A stretch of DNA of 64,000 bases from an uncultured cyanobacterium. GTDB taxonomy: Bacteria > Cyanobacteriota > Cyanobacteriia > PCC-6307 > Cyanobiaceae. The notes beneath the pieces were generated by a model. That model was not told the origin of the DNA. It did no database searches and saw nothing but the letters and a program-made list of their open reading frames with translations. The position numbers and the translations under genes were made by a program. Location of the stretch: contig CAVXWZ010000011.1 of the NCBI GenBank assembly GCA_963765575.1, positions 160,001 to 224,000 of the forward strand, in the 5' to 3' direction. This document shows positions 20,887 through 31,441 of the stretch, in pieces. Positions within the stretch are counted from its first letter, which is position 1; every line of letters starts with the position of its first letter.

Positions 20887-21627
20887 TCAGGGCGCCAGCC
20901 GCGCCCGGTGCAGCCGGCTCTTCTCATACCAATGGGCAAACTCCGGGCTCCAGCCCTGCAGCTGGGGCCAGAGCAGATCGCAGAGCGCCCGGATCTCCAG
21001 CTGGGCGTCGAGCTTGGCGCGCAGATCGAGGAAGTGCAGCATGGCCCTGAGGCTGAAGCTCACCACGAAGTGCTGGCGGTAATCAAACGGCAGGATGCCG
21101 CGGGCGTGCTCCTCGGCGTAACCGGCATCGAGCAGGTCGCGGTAGCGCTCGGCGGCGCGGCGGCAGATGTCGAGATCGATCCGGCGCTGCTCGCTGGAGT
21201 AGGCATACTTCTTGCCCTGACGGTCGGCATACTCACCAACCGGCCGGAGGTAGAACACCTCCTCCAGATCCAGCTCGCCGTTGCCGGCCCGCCGGATGCG
21301 GTCGCCCGTGTACCGCATCGACTGCACATCGAAACTCACCCCCACGCGATGGGTGCGGGCCTGCTGCATCACCGAGTGCGGGAACCAGCCCACGTTGAGC
21401 ACGATCTGGGCGTGCTCGAGCGGGCCGTAGTGGCCCCGTTCGCCGGCCAGCAGCCGCTTCACGCAGATCTCGCCGCAGCGGCGTTCATCCGGCCAGGCGG
21501 ACGGGTCGCGGGCGACGAAGTCCTCGCTGTAGTCCTGGTGCATGGCCGCCCACACGCACTGCTGCGGGTTGGGCGTGGCGGCGATCCGCTCCACCGTGAA
21601 GCGGGGGTCGATGCTCGGTTCAGCCAT
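20887..21627 (-). CDS. thyX: FAD-dependent thymidylate synthase
   Basis: GHYGPLEH, QARTHRVGVSFDVQSMRY, EEHARG, AQLEIR. Confidence 0.96.
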   Translation of the reverse strand: MAEPSIDPRFTVERIAATPNPQQCVWAAMHQDYSEDFVARDPSAWPDERRCGEICVKRLLAGERGHYGPLEHAQIVLNVGWFPHSVMQQARTHRVGVSFDVQSMRYTGDRIRRAGNGELDLEEVFYLRPVGEYADRQGKKYAYSSEQRRIDLDICRRAAERYRDLLDAGYAEEHARGILPFDYRQHFVVSFSLRAMLHFLDLRAKLDAQLEIRALCDLLWPQLQGWSPEFAHWYEKSRLHRARLAP

Positions 21628-22186
21628 GGCTGCGTGGGGCGATGGTGGAGGCCGGAGCCGGGCCGTCAGGCCCCCCCTGGGCGCTGTCCAGGCGGCTCAC
21701 GGCGCCCACCCCGGCCAACTGGGGCAGGGGCTGGTTCTGCAGCAGGGCGTTGGCGAGGGCCTGTAGCTCCGCCGCCGAGCGGGCACCGATGGAGTGCCCC
21801 ACGTTGGCTCCGCCGGCATCGAACAGTTCCAGATGGGGGATGCCGTTCACTGCGTAGCGATCCAGCTCCGGCTGCCAGCGGGGGTTGTCGACGTTGAGCA
21901 GCACCACGTCCAGGGCGCCGCGACGCTCCCGTTCGATCGCCTCGATCGCCGGCGCCATGGCGCGGCAGGCCTCGCACCAGTCGGCGTAGAACTCCACCAC
22001 GGTGGGCCGGCCATCGGCCAGCGCGGTGCTGTAGTCGGGGGAGCGCCGGGCCAGGGCCTCCAGGGGGGCCTGGGGCTGCAGCCCTCCCCGCAGCCCCACC
22101 ACCAGCAGGGTCAGCAGGGCGGTGATTGCCAGCAGCGCCAGTTGCTCCCTGCGCTTGGGGCCCGTGGTTGGCTCAGGGGTGTTCAT
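21620..22186 (-). CDS. Membrane-anchored thioredoxin-like protein (TxlA/HCF164 type)
   Basis: N-terminal TM helix; EFYADWCEAC, LNVDNPRW, GIPH. Confidence 0.88.
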   Translation of the reverse strand: MNTPEPTTGPKRREQLALLAITALLTLLVVGLRGGLQPQAPLEALARRSPDYSTALADGRPTVVEFYADWCEACRAMAPAIEAIERERRGALDVVLLNVDNPRWQPELDRYAVNGIPHLELFDAGGANVGHSIGARSAAELQALANALLQNQPLPQLAGVGAVSRLDSAQGGPDGPAPASTIAPRSHG

Positions 22187-22323
22187 GGCTGGGGCGCGGC
22201 GTGATCCAGGAACGGCATGGCAACGAATCGGCCCGGGCGGGTCCAGGCTGGAAGCACTCTGCCAGGGTCGGCCGGCCACCGAGTGCTGCCCACAGGCCCC
22301 CTGCGCCCTGCCGCCGCAGCGCC

Positions 22324-22737
22324 ATGAAGCGACGTCTCACCCTGCATTTCCCCCGGGAGGTGGTGCACCAGCCGATCACCTACCGCTTGGCGGTGGATTT
22401 CGACATCGCCGCCAAGATCCTGCGCGCCCAGATCGCGCCCAACCAGAGCGGCACCATGGTGGTGGAGCTCTCGGGTGACATCGACGAACTCGAGGCCGCC
22501 TCCTCCTGGCTGGAGAGCCAGGGCCTGAGCCTCAACGGCGCCCCCGGTGAGATCGCCATCGATCGCCAGCGCTGCGTGGACTGCGGCATCTGTTCAAGCG
22601 TCTGCCCCAGCGGCGCCCTGAGCTTCACGGCTCCGGCCTGGCGCCTGCAGTTCGAGGCCTCCCGCTGCCTGGTGTGTGAACAGTGCATCCCCAGCTGCCC
22701 GGTCGAGGCGATCGAGCTGGTGCTTGATCCCTCCTGA
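22324..22737 (+). CDS. NIL domain plus 2x[4Fe-4S] ferredoxin protein
   Basis: MKRRLTLHFP...; CVDCGICSSVCP and CLVCEQCIPSCP. Confidence 0.9.
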   Translation: MKRRLTLHFPREVVHQPITYRLAVDFDIAAKILRAQIAPNQSGTMVVELSGDIDELEAASSWLESQGLSLNGAPGEIAIDRQRCVDCGICSSVCPSGALSFTAPAWRLQFEASRCLVCEQCIPSCPVEAIELVLDPS

Positions 22738-22740
22738 GCG

Positions 22741-23223
22741 GTGGCTGTTGTGATCCTGCCGCTGCTGCGTTGGTTGTCGGTGCCGCTGCGGGCACCGCTG
22801 GTGCTGTTGCTGATCGGCGTGGCGGCCTATGTGGGCACGGGCTGGAGGCCGTTGGTGGTGGCCGACGACGGTCTGTTGGCGGCGCTGGGCTTGTTTGGGT
22901 CGCTGGATGCCCTGCATACCCTGCTGGTGGTGGTGGTGTGCAGCATGCCCCTGCGGTTGCTGCGGGCGGTCACCGGGCTGATGGCGGCCAGCCAGGTGAT
23001 GACCCTGGTGCTCACCCTGCTGATCGTCACCCTGGGCGCTCTGTACCTGTTGCGTCTGGAGGTGCTGTCGCGCGTGCTGATCCTGGCTGCGGCGGTGCTG
23101 CTGGCGCGGGTGGATCTGGCCCGCATCCGGGTGGTGCCGTCGCCGCCCAGGCTCGCCCTCGGCCTCAGCGTGCTGGTGATGGTGAGCTGTGCCTGCGGCC
23201 ACTGGCTGGCCAGCCGGGGCTGA
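22741..23223 (+). CDS. Hypothetical membrane protein
   Basis: Hydrophobic ORF filling the gap after the ferredoxin gene. Confidence 0.65.
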   Translation: MAVVILPLLRWLSVPLRAPLVLLLIGVAAYVGTGWRPLVVADDGLLAALGLFGSLDALHTLLVVVVCSMPLRLLRAVTGLMAASQVMTLVLTLLIVTLGALYLLRLEVLSRVLILAAAVLLARVDLARIRVVPSPPRLALGLSVLVMVSCACGHWLASRG

Positions 23224-23250
23224 GGCGCTGCCGCCCTGGGCCCCGGCGGC

Positions 23251-25272
23251 TCAGCTGGGACCGGCGGCAAGCCCTGGGCACGCGGGCAGCCGGGGGGCCT
23301 GCAGGCTCCAGAGGTTGCCCATCACTTTCTTGACGTAGAGGCGGGTCTCGGGGAAGGGGATCGCCTCCACCCAGAGCTCAGGCTGGCTGGCCAGGCGGGG
23401 GTCGAGCCAGGCGGCCACAGCGTTTGGACCGGCGTTGTAGCTGGCCACCGTCAGCAGCGGATCCCCCTGCCAGCGCCGCAGCAGCTGGCTGAGGTAGCGG
23501 GCGCCCAGGCGGGCATTGAGGGCCGGCTGTTGCAGTTCCGCGTCCGCCAGCGGTCGGCCCATCAGCTCCGCCGCCGTGGCGGGCATCAGCTGCAGCAGCC
23601 CCACCGCCCCCACCGGCGAGCGCACGCTGGGGGAGAAGCGCGACTCCTGCTTGGCCACCGCGGCCAGGAGCGTGGCGGGCACGGCGGCCTCGGCGGCGGC
23701 GGCGTTGAGGTCGTCGCTGAAGGCGGGGCTGTGCAGTTCCCGCTCCAGCACCCGGTTGCGGGGGCAGTCGTCGGCAGGCAGCCGCAGGCTGGCCTGCTCC
23801 AGCCGGCCCAGCCCCAGCCAGTGGTCGCCCACGGCCCGGCGCAGGCGACCCTCGTGGATCTGCAACACCGGATCGGCGGCGTTTCGCTGTTGCTGCCCCA
23901 GCAGCCAGTGTTCCCAGGCCTCGAGCGGCTGGTTCAGGCGCCAGAGGCGTTCCAGGCCGGGCTTGCCGCTGTCCAGCGGATGCCAGCGAGCCGTTTGCAG
24001 CGCCGGCGCCTGCAGGGGATCGAGCACCACATCGCCCTGCCCGAGGCGCACGGCGGCCCGCCAGCCGTAGTAGCCGCCGGGCAGCTGCTCCAGCAGCTCA
24101 GCCCAGATCTCCCGTGCCTGCTGCCGCTGGCCGAGCTGCCAGCGGGCCAGCCCCTGCCAGAAGCGCCGGCGGCCCGCGAGGGCCACCGGCAGACGGCCGT
24201 CCAGGCTGGCCTCGTCGAGCACCAGGGCTGTCTGCCGCCAGTCGCCCTCCAGGGCCGCCCGCCGGGCCTGGTGCCACTGCAATTCCCAGCTGGCCGGATC
24301 GTCGGGCCACTGGCGCAGCACGGCCAGAACCCGCTGCGGATCATTGCTCTCCCGGGCCAGCCGGGCCTGGGCCGGGGCACTGCCGCGCAGGCCCGCCGGC
24401 AGTTGCTGGATCGCCTCCAGGCTGGCGCTGCTGCGCCCCTCGCTGAGCAGCCGCACCGCCTCCAGGGCCTCCTCCCGTTCCGGCGCGCTGCGGGCCAGAG
24501 CCAGCAGCCGCGCCTCCGCCTCCTGCTCCTGTTCCGGGTCGAGCAGCAGGGCGCGGGCCAGGGCCAGATCGGTGGCGGAGCTGGCGGCTCCATCGCCCAG
24601 GCAGCTCTGGGCCGCGGCGGCATCGCCGAGCTGGGCCAGCCCGGCGGCGAGTTGATCGCGCTCGGCGGCGCTCAACGGCGGCTGGCCGGCGGCGCAACGC
24701 TGGCGCAGTTGCGCCGCCGCCCCCGGCCAGCGCACTCCCCAGCGGGCCAGGTGCAGGGCGCCTTCGGGGCCCTGTTCCAGGGCGGCGGCCAGGGCCGCCG
24801 GATGGGCCGGGAAGCGCTCCAGCAGCTGGCGGCGCAGGGCCGGCTGGCGGCGGCCGAGGGTGTAGAGGGCATCGGCGCTGGCGGGATCGGCGGCAAAGCG
24901 CTGCAGCAGCTGCCGCCAGCGCTGGCTGGCCAGCAGGTCATCGCCCAGGCGCTCGGCCACCTGGGCCTCCCGCTTGAGCACCAGGGCGGCCAGGGGATCA
25001 CTGCCCCAGCCCTGAGCCTGCAGCAGGCGCCGCTCGGCCTCGAGGGGGTTGCCGGATCCCTGCGTGCTGCGGCCCGTGCTGCGGCCCGCCAGCAGCAGGG
25101 CCGCTTCGCGGCGGCGCCAGGGATCGGGATCCAGCCGCCAGTGGCGCTCCAGGCTGGCGTTGCTCACATTGGGCGTCAGCGCAGGCCGTTGCGCCAGCAG
25201 CAGCCGACCCCCCAGCAGCAGGGCGGCGCTGCCCAGACAGCTCACGGCCAGAAGCAGGGGAAGGCGCTGCAA
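23251..25272 (-). CDS. Soluble lytic transglycosylase (Slt family)
   Basis: KQESRF, AVGLLQLMPATA, ASYNAGP, ETRLYVKKV; start estimated at TTG 25272 before the hydrophobic leader. Confidence 0.88.
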   Translation of the reverse strand: MQRLPLLLAVSCLGSAALLLGGRLLLAQRPALTPNVSNASLERHWRLDPDPWRRREAALLLAGRSTGRSTQGSGNPLEAERRLLQAQGWGSDPLAALVLKREAQVAERLGDDLLASQRWRQLLQRFAADPASADALYTLGRRQPALRRQLLERFPAHPAALAAALEQGPEGALHLARWGVRWPGAAAQLRQRCAAGQPPLSAAERDQLAAGLAQLGDAAAAQSCLGDGAASSATDLALARALLLDPEQEQEAEARLLALARSAPEREEALEAVRLLSEGRSSASLEAIQQLPAGLRGSAPAQARLARESNDPQRVLAVLRQWPDDPASWELQWHQARRAALEGDWRQTALVLDEASLDGRLPVALAGRRRFWQGLARWQLGQRQQAREIWAELLEQLPGGYYGWRAAVRLGQGDVVLDPLQAPALQTARWHPLDSGKPGLERLWRLNQPLEAWEHWLLGQQQRNAADPVLQIHEGRLRRAVGDHWLGLGRLEQASLRLPADDCPRNRVLERELHSPAFSDDLNAAAAEAAVPATLLAAVAKQESRFSPSVRSPVGAVGLLQLMPATAAELMGRPLADAELQQPALNARLGARYLSQLLRRWQGDPLLTVASYNAGPNAVAAWLDPRLASQPELWVEAIPFPETRLYVKKVMGNLWSLQAPRLPACPGLAAGPS

Positions 25273-25332
25273 GAGCCGGCCGGGTTCAAAGGCGGCATTC
25301 TGGGGGCCCGCCGCCTCCCGTCCCCGCTGCCC

Positions 25333-25548
25333 ATGCGCCGGCCTGCCCTGCCGCCCTACCTCTCCAGCCTGCCGGGCAGCAGCCAGCGGCTGCGGGCCCT
25401 GCGGGCGCTGGCGTTGGCGGCGCTGGTGCTGGTGCTGCGCCCCTGGATGCCGTTCAGCTGGCTGCCCGGCTGGGTGGTGGGCGCCCTGCTGTTGTGGGCC
25501 CTGGTCGAGCTGTGCGGCTGGGTGTGGTGGCCGCGGCGTTGGCGCTGA
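25333..25548 (+). CDS. Small Trp-rich membrane protein
   Basis: MRRPALPPYL...LLWALVELCGWVWWPRRWR. Confidence 0.6.
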   Translation: MRRPALPPYLSSLPGSSQRLRALRALALAALVLVLRPWMPFSWLPGWVVGALLLWALVELCGWVWWPRRWR

Positions 25549-25617
25549 CCCAGCTGGCACTGTGGGGCTGGTCGTCCCTGCGGCCGGACATACGCTGTCG
25601 CCAGCCCCGGCCCCACC

Positions 25618-27030
25618 ATGTCCCAGCCGAGCGTTGATCCCGTGGGCCAGGTGCTGGGCCATCCGCTGGGCCAGCCCCTGGGCGAGGGGGCCTGCGCCTT
25701 TGGCACCGATGGCATCCGCGGCCCCGTGGGCACCCAGGTGACGCCGGCCTTGGCCCTGCAGGTGGGCTTCTGGTGCGGCCAGGTGCTGCCGGCCGGCGCC
25801 CCGGTGCTGATCGGCCGCGACAGCCGCAGCAGCGGCCCGATGCTGACGGCGGCGCTGACGGCGGGTCTGACGGCGGCGGGACGGGAGGTGTGGCATCTGG
25901 GGATCTGCCCCACGCCGGCGGTGCCCGGGGCCATCCGCCGCTGCGCCGCCGCCGGCGGCCTGATGGTCTCGGCCAGCCACAACCCCCCCGGCGACAACGG
26001 CATCAAGGTGTTCGGCCCCTCGGGCGCGAAGCTCGGCGCCGAGCTGCAGCAGGCGATCGAGGCCGGCCTGGCCGGACACCGCCCGCTGCCGGGCTTCTGT
26101 GGCAGTGGCCACAGCCACGAGCGCAGCGACCTGCTCGACCACTACCGCCAGGCCCTGGTGGCCAGCGCCGAAGGGCGGCGGCTGGAGGGTTGCCGCGTCG
26201 TGCTGGATCTCTGCCACGGTTCGGCCACCGCCTGCGGTGAGGCGGTGTTCCGTGGCCTCGGCGCCGAGGTCACCGTGCTGCACGGTGAGCCCGACGGCAG
26301 CCGCATCAATGTGCGCTGCGGCAGCACCCACCTCGATCCCCTGCGGGCCGCGGTGGTTGAGGCCGGTGCCGAGATCGGCTTTGCCTTCGATGGCGATGCC
26401 GACCGCATGCTCGCCGTCGACAGCCACGGCCGGGTGGTCGATGGCGACCAGATCCTCTACCTGTGGGGTTCGGCGCTGCTGCAGTCCGGCAGCCTGCCCG
26501 ACCGCCGCATCGTCGCCACCGTGATGAGCAACCTGGGTTTCGAGCGGGCCTGGCAGCAGCGCGGCGGGGTGCTGGAGCGCACCCCCGTGGGCGACCAGCA
26601 CGTCCACCGCGCCATGGAGGAGCTGGGGGCGGGCCTGGGGGGTGAGCAGTCGGGCCACATCCTCTCGGCCCGCCATGGCATGAGCGGCGATGGCCTGCTC
26701 ACGGCGCTGCAGGTGGCCACCCTGCTGCACGGCCGGGGCCTGAGCCTGGCCGACTGGCTGGACAGCAGCTTCCGCCCCTATCCCCAGAGCCTGGTGAACG
26801 TGCGGGTGCCCGATCGCGAGCGCCGGCAGGGCTGGCAGCAGTGCGACCCCCTGCGCCGGGAGGTGGAGCGTGCCGAGGCCGAGATGCGGGGTCAGGGCCG
26901 GGTGCTGGTGCGCGCCAGCGGCACCGAGCCGCTGCTGCGGGTGATGGTGGAGGCGGCCGAACCCCAGCTGGTGAGCCACTGGGCCGGCCAGCTTGCCGCC
27001 GCCGCCGAGCTGCACCTCAACGCTGCCTGA
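25618..27030 (+). CDS. glmM: Phosphoglucosamine mutase
   Basis: FGTDGIRG, SASHNP, FDGDADR, GGEQSGH, RASGTEP. Confidence 0.95.
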   Translation: MSQPSVDPVGQVLGHPLGQPLGEGACAFGTDGIRGPVGTQVTPALALQVGFWCGQVLPAGAPVLIGRDSRSSGPMLTAALTAGLTAAGREVWHLGICPTPAVPGAIRRCAAAGGLMVSASHNPPGDNGIKVFGPSGAKLGAELQQAIEAGLAGHRPLPGFCGSGHSHERSDLLDHYRQALVASAEGRRLEGCRVVLDLCHGSATACGEAVFRGLGAEVTVLHGEPDGSRINVRCGSTHLDPLRAAVVEAGAEIGFAFDGDADRMLAVDSHGRVVDGDQILYLWGSALLQSGSLPDRRIVATVMSNLGFERAWQQRGGVLERTPVGDQHVHRAMEELGAGLGGEQSGHILSARHGMSGDGLLTALQVATLLHGRGLSLADWLDSSFRPYPQSLVNVRVPDRERRQGWQQCDPLRREVERAEAEMRGQGRVLVRASGTEPLLRVMVEAAEPQLVSHWAGQLAAAAELHLNAA

Positions 27031-27985
27031 GCTGCAGCTGCTCCCGGGCCAGGCTGAGGGCGCCGGCGCAGGCATCGGCGGTGGGTCGCGCCAGTTGGGC
27101 GGCCGGCAGGGCCTGCGCCAGGGCCCGCTCCAGCTCCAGGCGCAGCAGGGCCAGGTGGGTGAGGGCCCCTCCCATGGCCCAGACCGGTGGCTGCTGCAGG
27201 TTCAGCCGCCGGCTGATCGCCGCCGCCATGGCGGCCAGGGCCTCGGCGTTGCGGCGCACGATCGCCAGGGCGGGGCCGTCGCCGGCGGTGGCGGCGGCCA
27301 CCACCACCGGCGCCAGGGCCGCGAAGCCGGCGGCACCGAAGTTGGGCTGCACCACCAGCGCCTTGATCGCCGCCGCCGCCGCCGGGTCGTGGGGGTCGAG
27401 TTCCAGGGCCGCCCACAGTTGCTGGCGCAGGGGGCCGTCGGGGCGGCGACCATCGGCCATTTCCAGGCTGGCGCTGAGGCCGTCGCGGCCGATGTCCAGG
27501 GCCGAGCCGGCGCCATCGAGCAGCCAGCCCCAGCCGGCGCAGCGGTGTTCCTGGCCGTCGGCGTTGCGGCCCACGGCAATGGTGCCGGTGCCGCTGATCA
27601 GCACCAGCCCTGCGGGCGCCGTGCCCATGGCGCCGCGCAGGGCCGTGCGCTCATCACCGGTGACCGCCACACGCTCGGGCGGCAGGGCCAGGGCCGCCGC
27701 CGCCAGCGCGTGGCCCCGTTGCTGCACCGGGCTGCCCACCTCGATGCCGCTGGCACCGACGGCAGCGGCGAGCAGCGCTGCCTGCTGGCCGGCGGCGAGG
27801 CCGGTCAGGGCCGCCGCCAGGCTGGTGCTGAGCGCCTGGCTGAAGGCGGCTTCGCCGCCAGGGCTGGCCAGATGGCGCACGCCGGGGCCCTCGCCTTCGG
27901 CCAGTACCGCCCCGCCGTGGGCGTCGGCCAGGCGGCAGCGGGTGTGGCTCTGGCCGGCGTCAAAGCCGGCGATCAGCTCAGGCAC
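27017..27985 (-). CDS. BadF/BadG/BcrA/BcrD ATPase (N-acetylglucosamine kinase-like)
   Basis: GFDAGQSHT, LISGTG, AGWGWLLDGAGS. Confidence 0.85.
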   Translation of the reverse strand: MPELIAGFDAGQSHTRCRLADAHGGAVLAEGEGPGVRHLASPGGEAAFSQALSTSLAAALTGLAAGQQAALLAAAVGASGIEVGSPVQQRGHALAAAALALPPERVAVTGDERTALRGAMGTAPAGLVLISGTGTIAVGRNADGQEHRCAGWGWLLDGAGSALDIGRDGLSASLEMADGRRPDGPLRQQLWAALELDPHDPAAAAAIKALVVQPNFGAAGFAALAPVVVAAATAGDGPALAIVRRNAEALAAMAAAISRRLNLQQPPVWAMGGALTHLALLRLELERALAQALPAAQLARPTADACAGALSLAREQLQLRQR

Positions 27986-29318
27986 GCCCTTCGTCAGCGC
28001 TGGGCCCGGGGCCCTGGTGGGCCGCCGCCGAGAGCGTGGCCAGGCAGAACCAGCCGCTGAGCTGCACCTCCGGTCGGAAGAAGATGGTGTCGGTGAAGCC
28101 CTGCACGCCCAGGCCGGCGATCACCGCCAGCACCCCCATCGCCGGCAGGGCGAAGGGGCCAACGCCGCGCCAGGTCGCCAGGGCCTGGCGCAGGCTCGCC
28201 AGCACCAGGCCGACCCCGGCCAGCAGCCCGGGGATGCCGGCCTCCACGGCCAGCTCCAGTGGGATCGAGTAGGCGCTGAGGGCGTTGAAGCGGGGCTGTT
28301 GATAGAGGGGATAGATCAGGTTGAAGGCGTCGTTGCCCGGCCCGATCCCCAGCCAGGGCCGGGCCTGGATCATCTCCAGGGCCGCCAGCCAGACGTTGAT
28401 GCGGAAGTTGTTGGAGCTGTCGCCGCGCCCCGCCAGCAGGCTCATCACCCGCACCCGCAGGGCCTCCACCTGGAACACCAGCACCGCCAGCAATGCCGCG
28501 CCCCCCAGCAGCACCAGCACGGGCACCAGGCGCCGCCACAGGGGCGGCCAGCGCCGCGTCTGCTGCACCGCCAGCAGCACCACCATCACCCCCGCCGCGG
28601 CCACCAGCCCCATCCAGGCGCCGCGGCTGTAGGTGAGCACCAGGGTGGCGATGCCCAGCCCCAGGGCCGCCAGGGCGAACAGCCGCCGGGCCGGCTGCCG
28701 CCAGCGCAGCAGCGCCACCAGCGCCAGGGGCAGGATCGGCAGCAGATAGCCCGCCAGCAGGTTGGGGTTGCCGAGGGTGCTGTAGATGCGCACCGTGCCC
28801 GCGGCCACCGAGGTGGGGTCGGCCCAGCGGGCCAGCTCCGAGGTGTCGGCGTAGAGCTGGCGCAGGCCGATCACGCTGGTGACCAGCGAGCCGCCCAGCA
28901 GCGAGGCCACGATCCGGTCCCACCACAGCGGCGCCGCGCTCAGCACCTCCTGCATCAGGGCGTAGACCCCGAGATAGCTGGCCAGCTTGAGCAGCCCCTT
29001 GGCGGCGGCCGACGGCACCGGCGAGAAACCGGTGGCCAGCAGTGCCACCGCCAGGATCACCAGGATCCAGGCATTGATGGCGCCGATCCCCCCGGCCGGA
29101 CGGCGCAGGGCGAGCAGCAGCCACAGCGCCCCGCTGGCCAGGATCAGCAGGCTGAGGCCGCCGCGGCTCAGCAGCGGCAGTCCCGCCATCAGCGCGCAGA
29201 GCACCAGGCCGCCGAGGCTCACCAGCCGGCTGCCCACCGCCCCCACCCGCCAGCCGGCCAGCAGGCCCTGCCAGCGCAGCAGCAGCGGTGGTGGGGGGGA
29301 CAGGTTCGATTCGCCCAC
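27978..29318 (-). CDS. ictB: IctB-family membrane protein (O-antigen ligase-like)
   Basis: STLGNPNLLAGYL, TYSRGAW, DSSNNFRINVW, ALSAYS. Confidence 0.9.
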   Translation of the reverse strand: MGESNLSPPPPLLLRWQGLLAGWRVGAVGSRLVSLGGLVLCALMAGLPLLSRGGLSLLILASGALWLLLALRRPAGGIGAINAWILVILAVALLATGFSPVPSAAAKGLLKLASYLGVYALMQEVLSAAPLWWDRIVASLLGGSLVTSVIGLRQLYADTSELARWADPTSVAAGTVRIYSTLGNPNLLAGYLLPILPLALVALLRWRQPARRLFALAALGLGIATLVLTYSRGAWMGLVAAAGVMVVLLAVQQTRRWPPLWRRLVPVLVLLGGAALLAVLVFQVEALRVRVMSLLAGRGDSSNNFRINVWLAALEMIQARPWLGIGPGNDAFNLIYPLYQQPRFNALSAYSIPLELAVEAGIPGLLAGVGLVLASLRQALATWRGVGPFALPAMGVLAVIAGLGVQGFTDTIFFRPEVQLSGWFCLATLSAAAHQGPGPSADEGRA

Positions 29319-29335
29319 GGCAGGCCCTGGTGGAT

Positions 29336-30094
29336 TCAGGCGCCAGTATCGGCCGCCTGCCGGCTCGGCTCGGTGGGCCTGGCTGCCCCCTGTTCGAGGG
29401 TCGCCAGCGCCGTCAGGGGGCGGCGGTTGCGCCGGTAGAGCACCCGGTACACCGGCAGGCCCAGGCGGCGCACATGGGCTTCGCGCTCGCTGGGCACCGG
29501 CAGTGGGTTGGCCCCCTGCCAGGGGGGCGCCTCAGACCCCGTCTCCGCCTCGTGCCCGCTCTCCAGCTCAGGCCCCAGCGTTGCCCGGTCGAAGCCGCCC
29601 GAGGCCTCCACCAGGGCCACCATCGGCGCGATCACCGCCAGCACATCGCTCTGCAGAAACAGCTCCCCTGCCGGTTCCTGGGCGGCGGCCAGGGCCCCCA
29701 GCAGGGTGGGCTGCAGCACGCGGCGCTTGTGGTGTCTGGTCTTGAACCAGGGGTCGGGGAACTGCAGGCTCACCCGCTCCAGCTGGCCCGGCTTCAGGCC
29801 CGCCAGCCACTGCTCCAGGCTCACGTTGGCGTTGCAGAACAGGAAGCGCAGGTGCGCCAGCCCCAGCGCCTGCCGCTCGGCCTCGGCCGCCGCCACCAGC
29901 GGCCGGCGGATCTCCACGCCCAGGTAGTTGCGCGCCGGTTCGGCCGCGGCCATGGCCAGCAGGAAGCGGCCGCGGGCGCAGCCGATGTCGAGATGGATGG
30001 GCCGGCGCGGATCGGCGAACAGCTCGGCCGGCGGCGGCAGCAGCAGCGGCCGCTGGTGAAAGCTGCTGAGCGGATTGACGTGCTGCCGCACCAT
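29336..30094 (-). CDS. trmB: tRNA (guanine-N7)-methyltransferase
   Basis: [29 protein letters not shown]. Confidence 0.95.
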   Translation of the reverse strand: MVRQHVNPLSSFHQRPLLLPPPAELFADPRRPIHLDIGCARGRFLLAMAAAEPARNYLGVEIRRPLVAAAEAERQALGLAHLRFLFCNANVSLEQWLAGLKPGQLERVSLQFPDPWFKTRHHKRRVLQPTLLGALAAAQEPAGELFLQSDVLAVIAPMVALVEASGGFDRATLGPELESGHEAETGSEAPPWQGANPLPVPSEREAHVRRLGLPVYRVLYRRNRRPLTALATLEQGAARPTEPSRQAADTGA

Positions 30095-31380
30095 CAGGCC
30101 GCGGCGGTGGGCACCAGGAAGGCCCAGCTGGCGGTGTAGCCGTGCAGGTGGGTGCTGCCGGCCACCGGCCCGATCTCGCCGTTGCAGAAGGCGCCGGCCA
30201 CGGGCAGGCCCGCGAACACCTCGCGGGCCACCGTCACGTCGCCGTCGGGGCAGCCGTAGAGGCCCTGGCCCCGCCCCAGGCAGGCGAACAGCAGGGCGGC
30301 CATGGGCTCCCCGGGACGCTGCCGTTGGCGGCGCAGCAACTGCTCCAGTTCCTGGCGGGAGGCGGCGCCGTCGCGCAGCTGGAACTGCACCCGCTGCCCC
30401 ACCCGCATGCGCTCGGCCACGGCCACGGCCCCATTGCGGGGATCGACCCCGAGCAGGTTGCGCACCAGGAAGGTGGGCGCCTCGCCGTCGCCGCCGTCGG
30501 GCTCCAGCCGGAAGCTGTCGCGGCCCACCCCCAGGAAGAGGGAATGCTTGACCAGCTCCCGTTCCCGGGGCGAGAGCTCCGCGAGGATCGCCTGCAGCGC
30601 CGCCACCGGCGTTGTGCGCTGCTCGCCGCGGCTGAGTTGCAGCACCACGTTGCGCTGGGCCTCCTCCACCTCGAACACCGGGCCGATCGGACGGCAGCCC
30701 TGGGCCACCACCGGCTCGAAAGCCCAGTCGCCATCGATCAGACAGCCCACCGCACCGCCGCAGACCTGGTTGTCGAACAGCAGCGAGCTGCGTGAGGCGC
30801 TGTGGGGGCAGGCGATGCCGCCCAGCTTGGCGGCGTCGGGGCAGGCGTAGTCGAGGCCGCTGATCAGGTCGTTGATTCCCGTGAAGCCGGGATCCACCAG
30901 CAGCAGCATCGAGTGGCTGGCGGCCAGGTCGGCCGCCTGCGCGGGTGGGCCCAGCAGGGCCAGCCAGGGGTCGGCGGGGCCGTCGAGGTCGGGCAGCTGT
31001 TGGGGCTGGATGGCAAAGGGGTGCAGCCGTGCGCCGGGCAGCCGCAGCAGCGTCACGCTCAGGCCCGCCCCCTGCTCCAGTTCCCGTGGCGCCGCCTCGG
31101 GGGCGGTGCCGATGACGCCGCCGGCCAGGCAGCCCAGCCAGTGTTTGGCCTGGATCCGTTCCTGGAGCAGCGGCAGCAGCCGGGGCAGGTCGCTGGCGTA
31201 GCTGGCGGACACGAACACCAGGGCCAGATCGGCCGGGCCGGCGGCGCCCAGCTGGCGACCCACGCTGGCAACGGCGGCCTCCAGGGAGACGTCGCTGGCC
31301 AGGGCCATGCGGCACCAGGGCTTCGAGCCGTTGGCTCCCAGCCGACGGCTCCACCAGCCGGAGAGAGGGAGAGCAGCCAT
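30094..31380 (-). CDS. FIST N/C domain protein
   Basis: [39 protein letters not shown]. Confidence 0.9.
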   Translation of the reverse strand: MAALPLSGWWSRRLGANGSKPWCRMALASDVSLEAAVASVGRQLGAAGPADLALVFVSASYASDLPRLLPLLQERIQAKHWLGCLAGGVIGTAPEAAPRELEQGAGLSVTLLRLPGARLHPFAIQPQQLPDLDGPADPWLALLGPPAQAADLAASHSMLLLVDPGFTGINDLISGLDYACPDAAKLGGIACPHSASRSSLLFDNQVCGGAVGCLIDGDWAFEPVVAQGCRPIGPVFEVEEAQRNVVLQLSRGEQRTTPVAALQAILAELSPRERELVKHSLFLGVGRDSFRLEPDGGDGEAPTFLVRNLLGVDPRNGAVAVAERMRVGQRVQFQLRDGAASRQELEQLLRRQRQRPGEPMAALLFACLGRGQGLYGCPDGDVTVAREVFAGLPVAGAFCNGEIGPVAGSTHLHGYTASWAFLVPTAAA

Positions 31381-31441
31381 GGCAGCGACCCTATCGCCGG
31401 GGGGTAGGACCCGGATAATGGCGTCTTGCCGAACCGCCGCC

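Noticed and set aside
23251..27075. 1274-aa minus-strand ORF read as one giant protein
   Set aside because: Only the last ~670 aa are the lytic transglycosylase; the rest is the antisense shadow of glmM, open because stops are rare at high GC.
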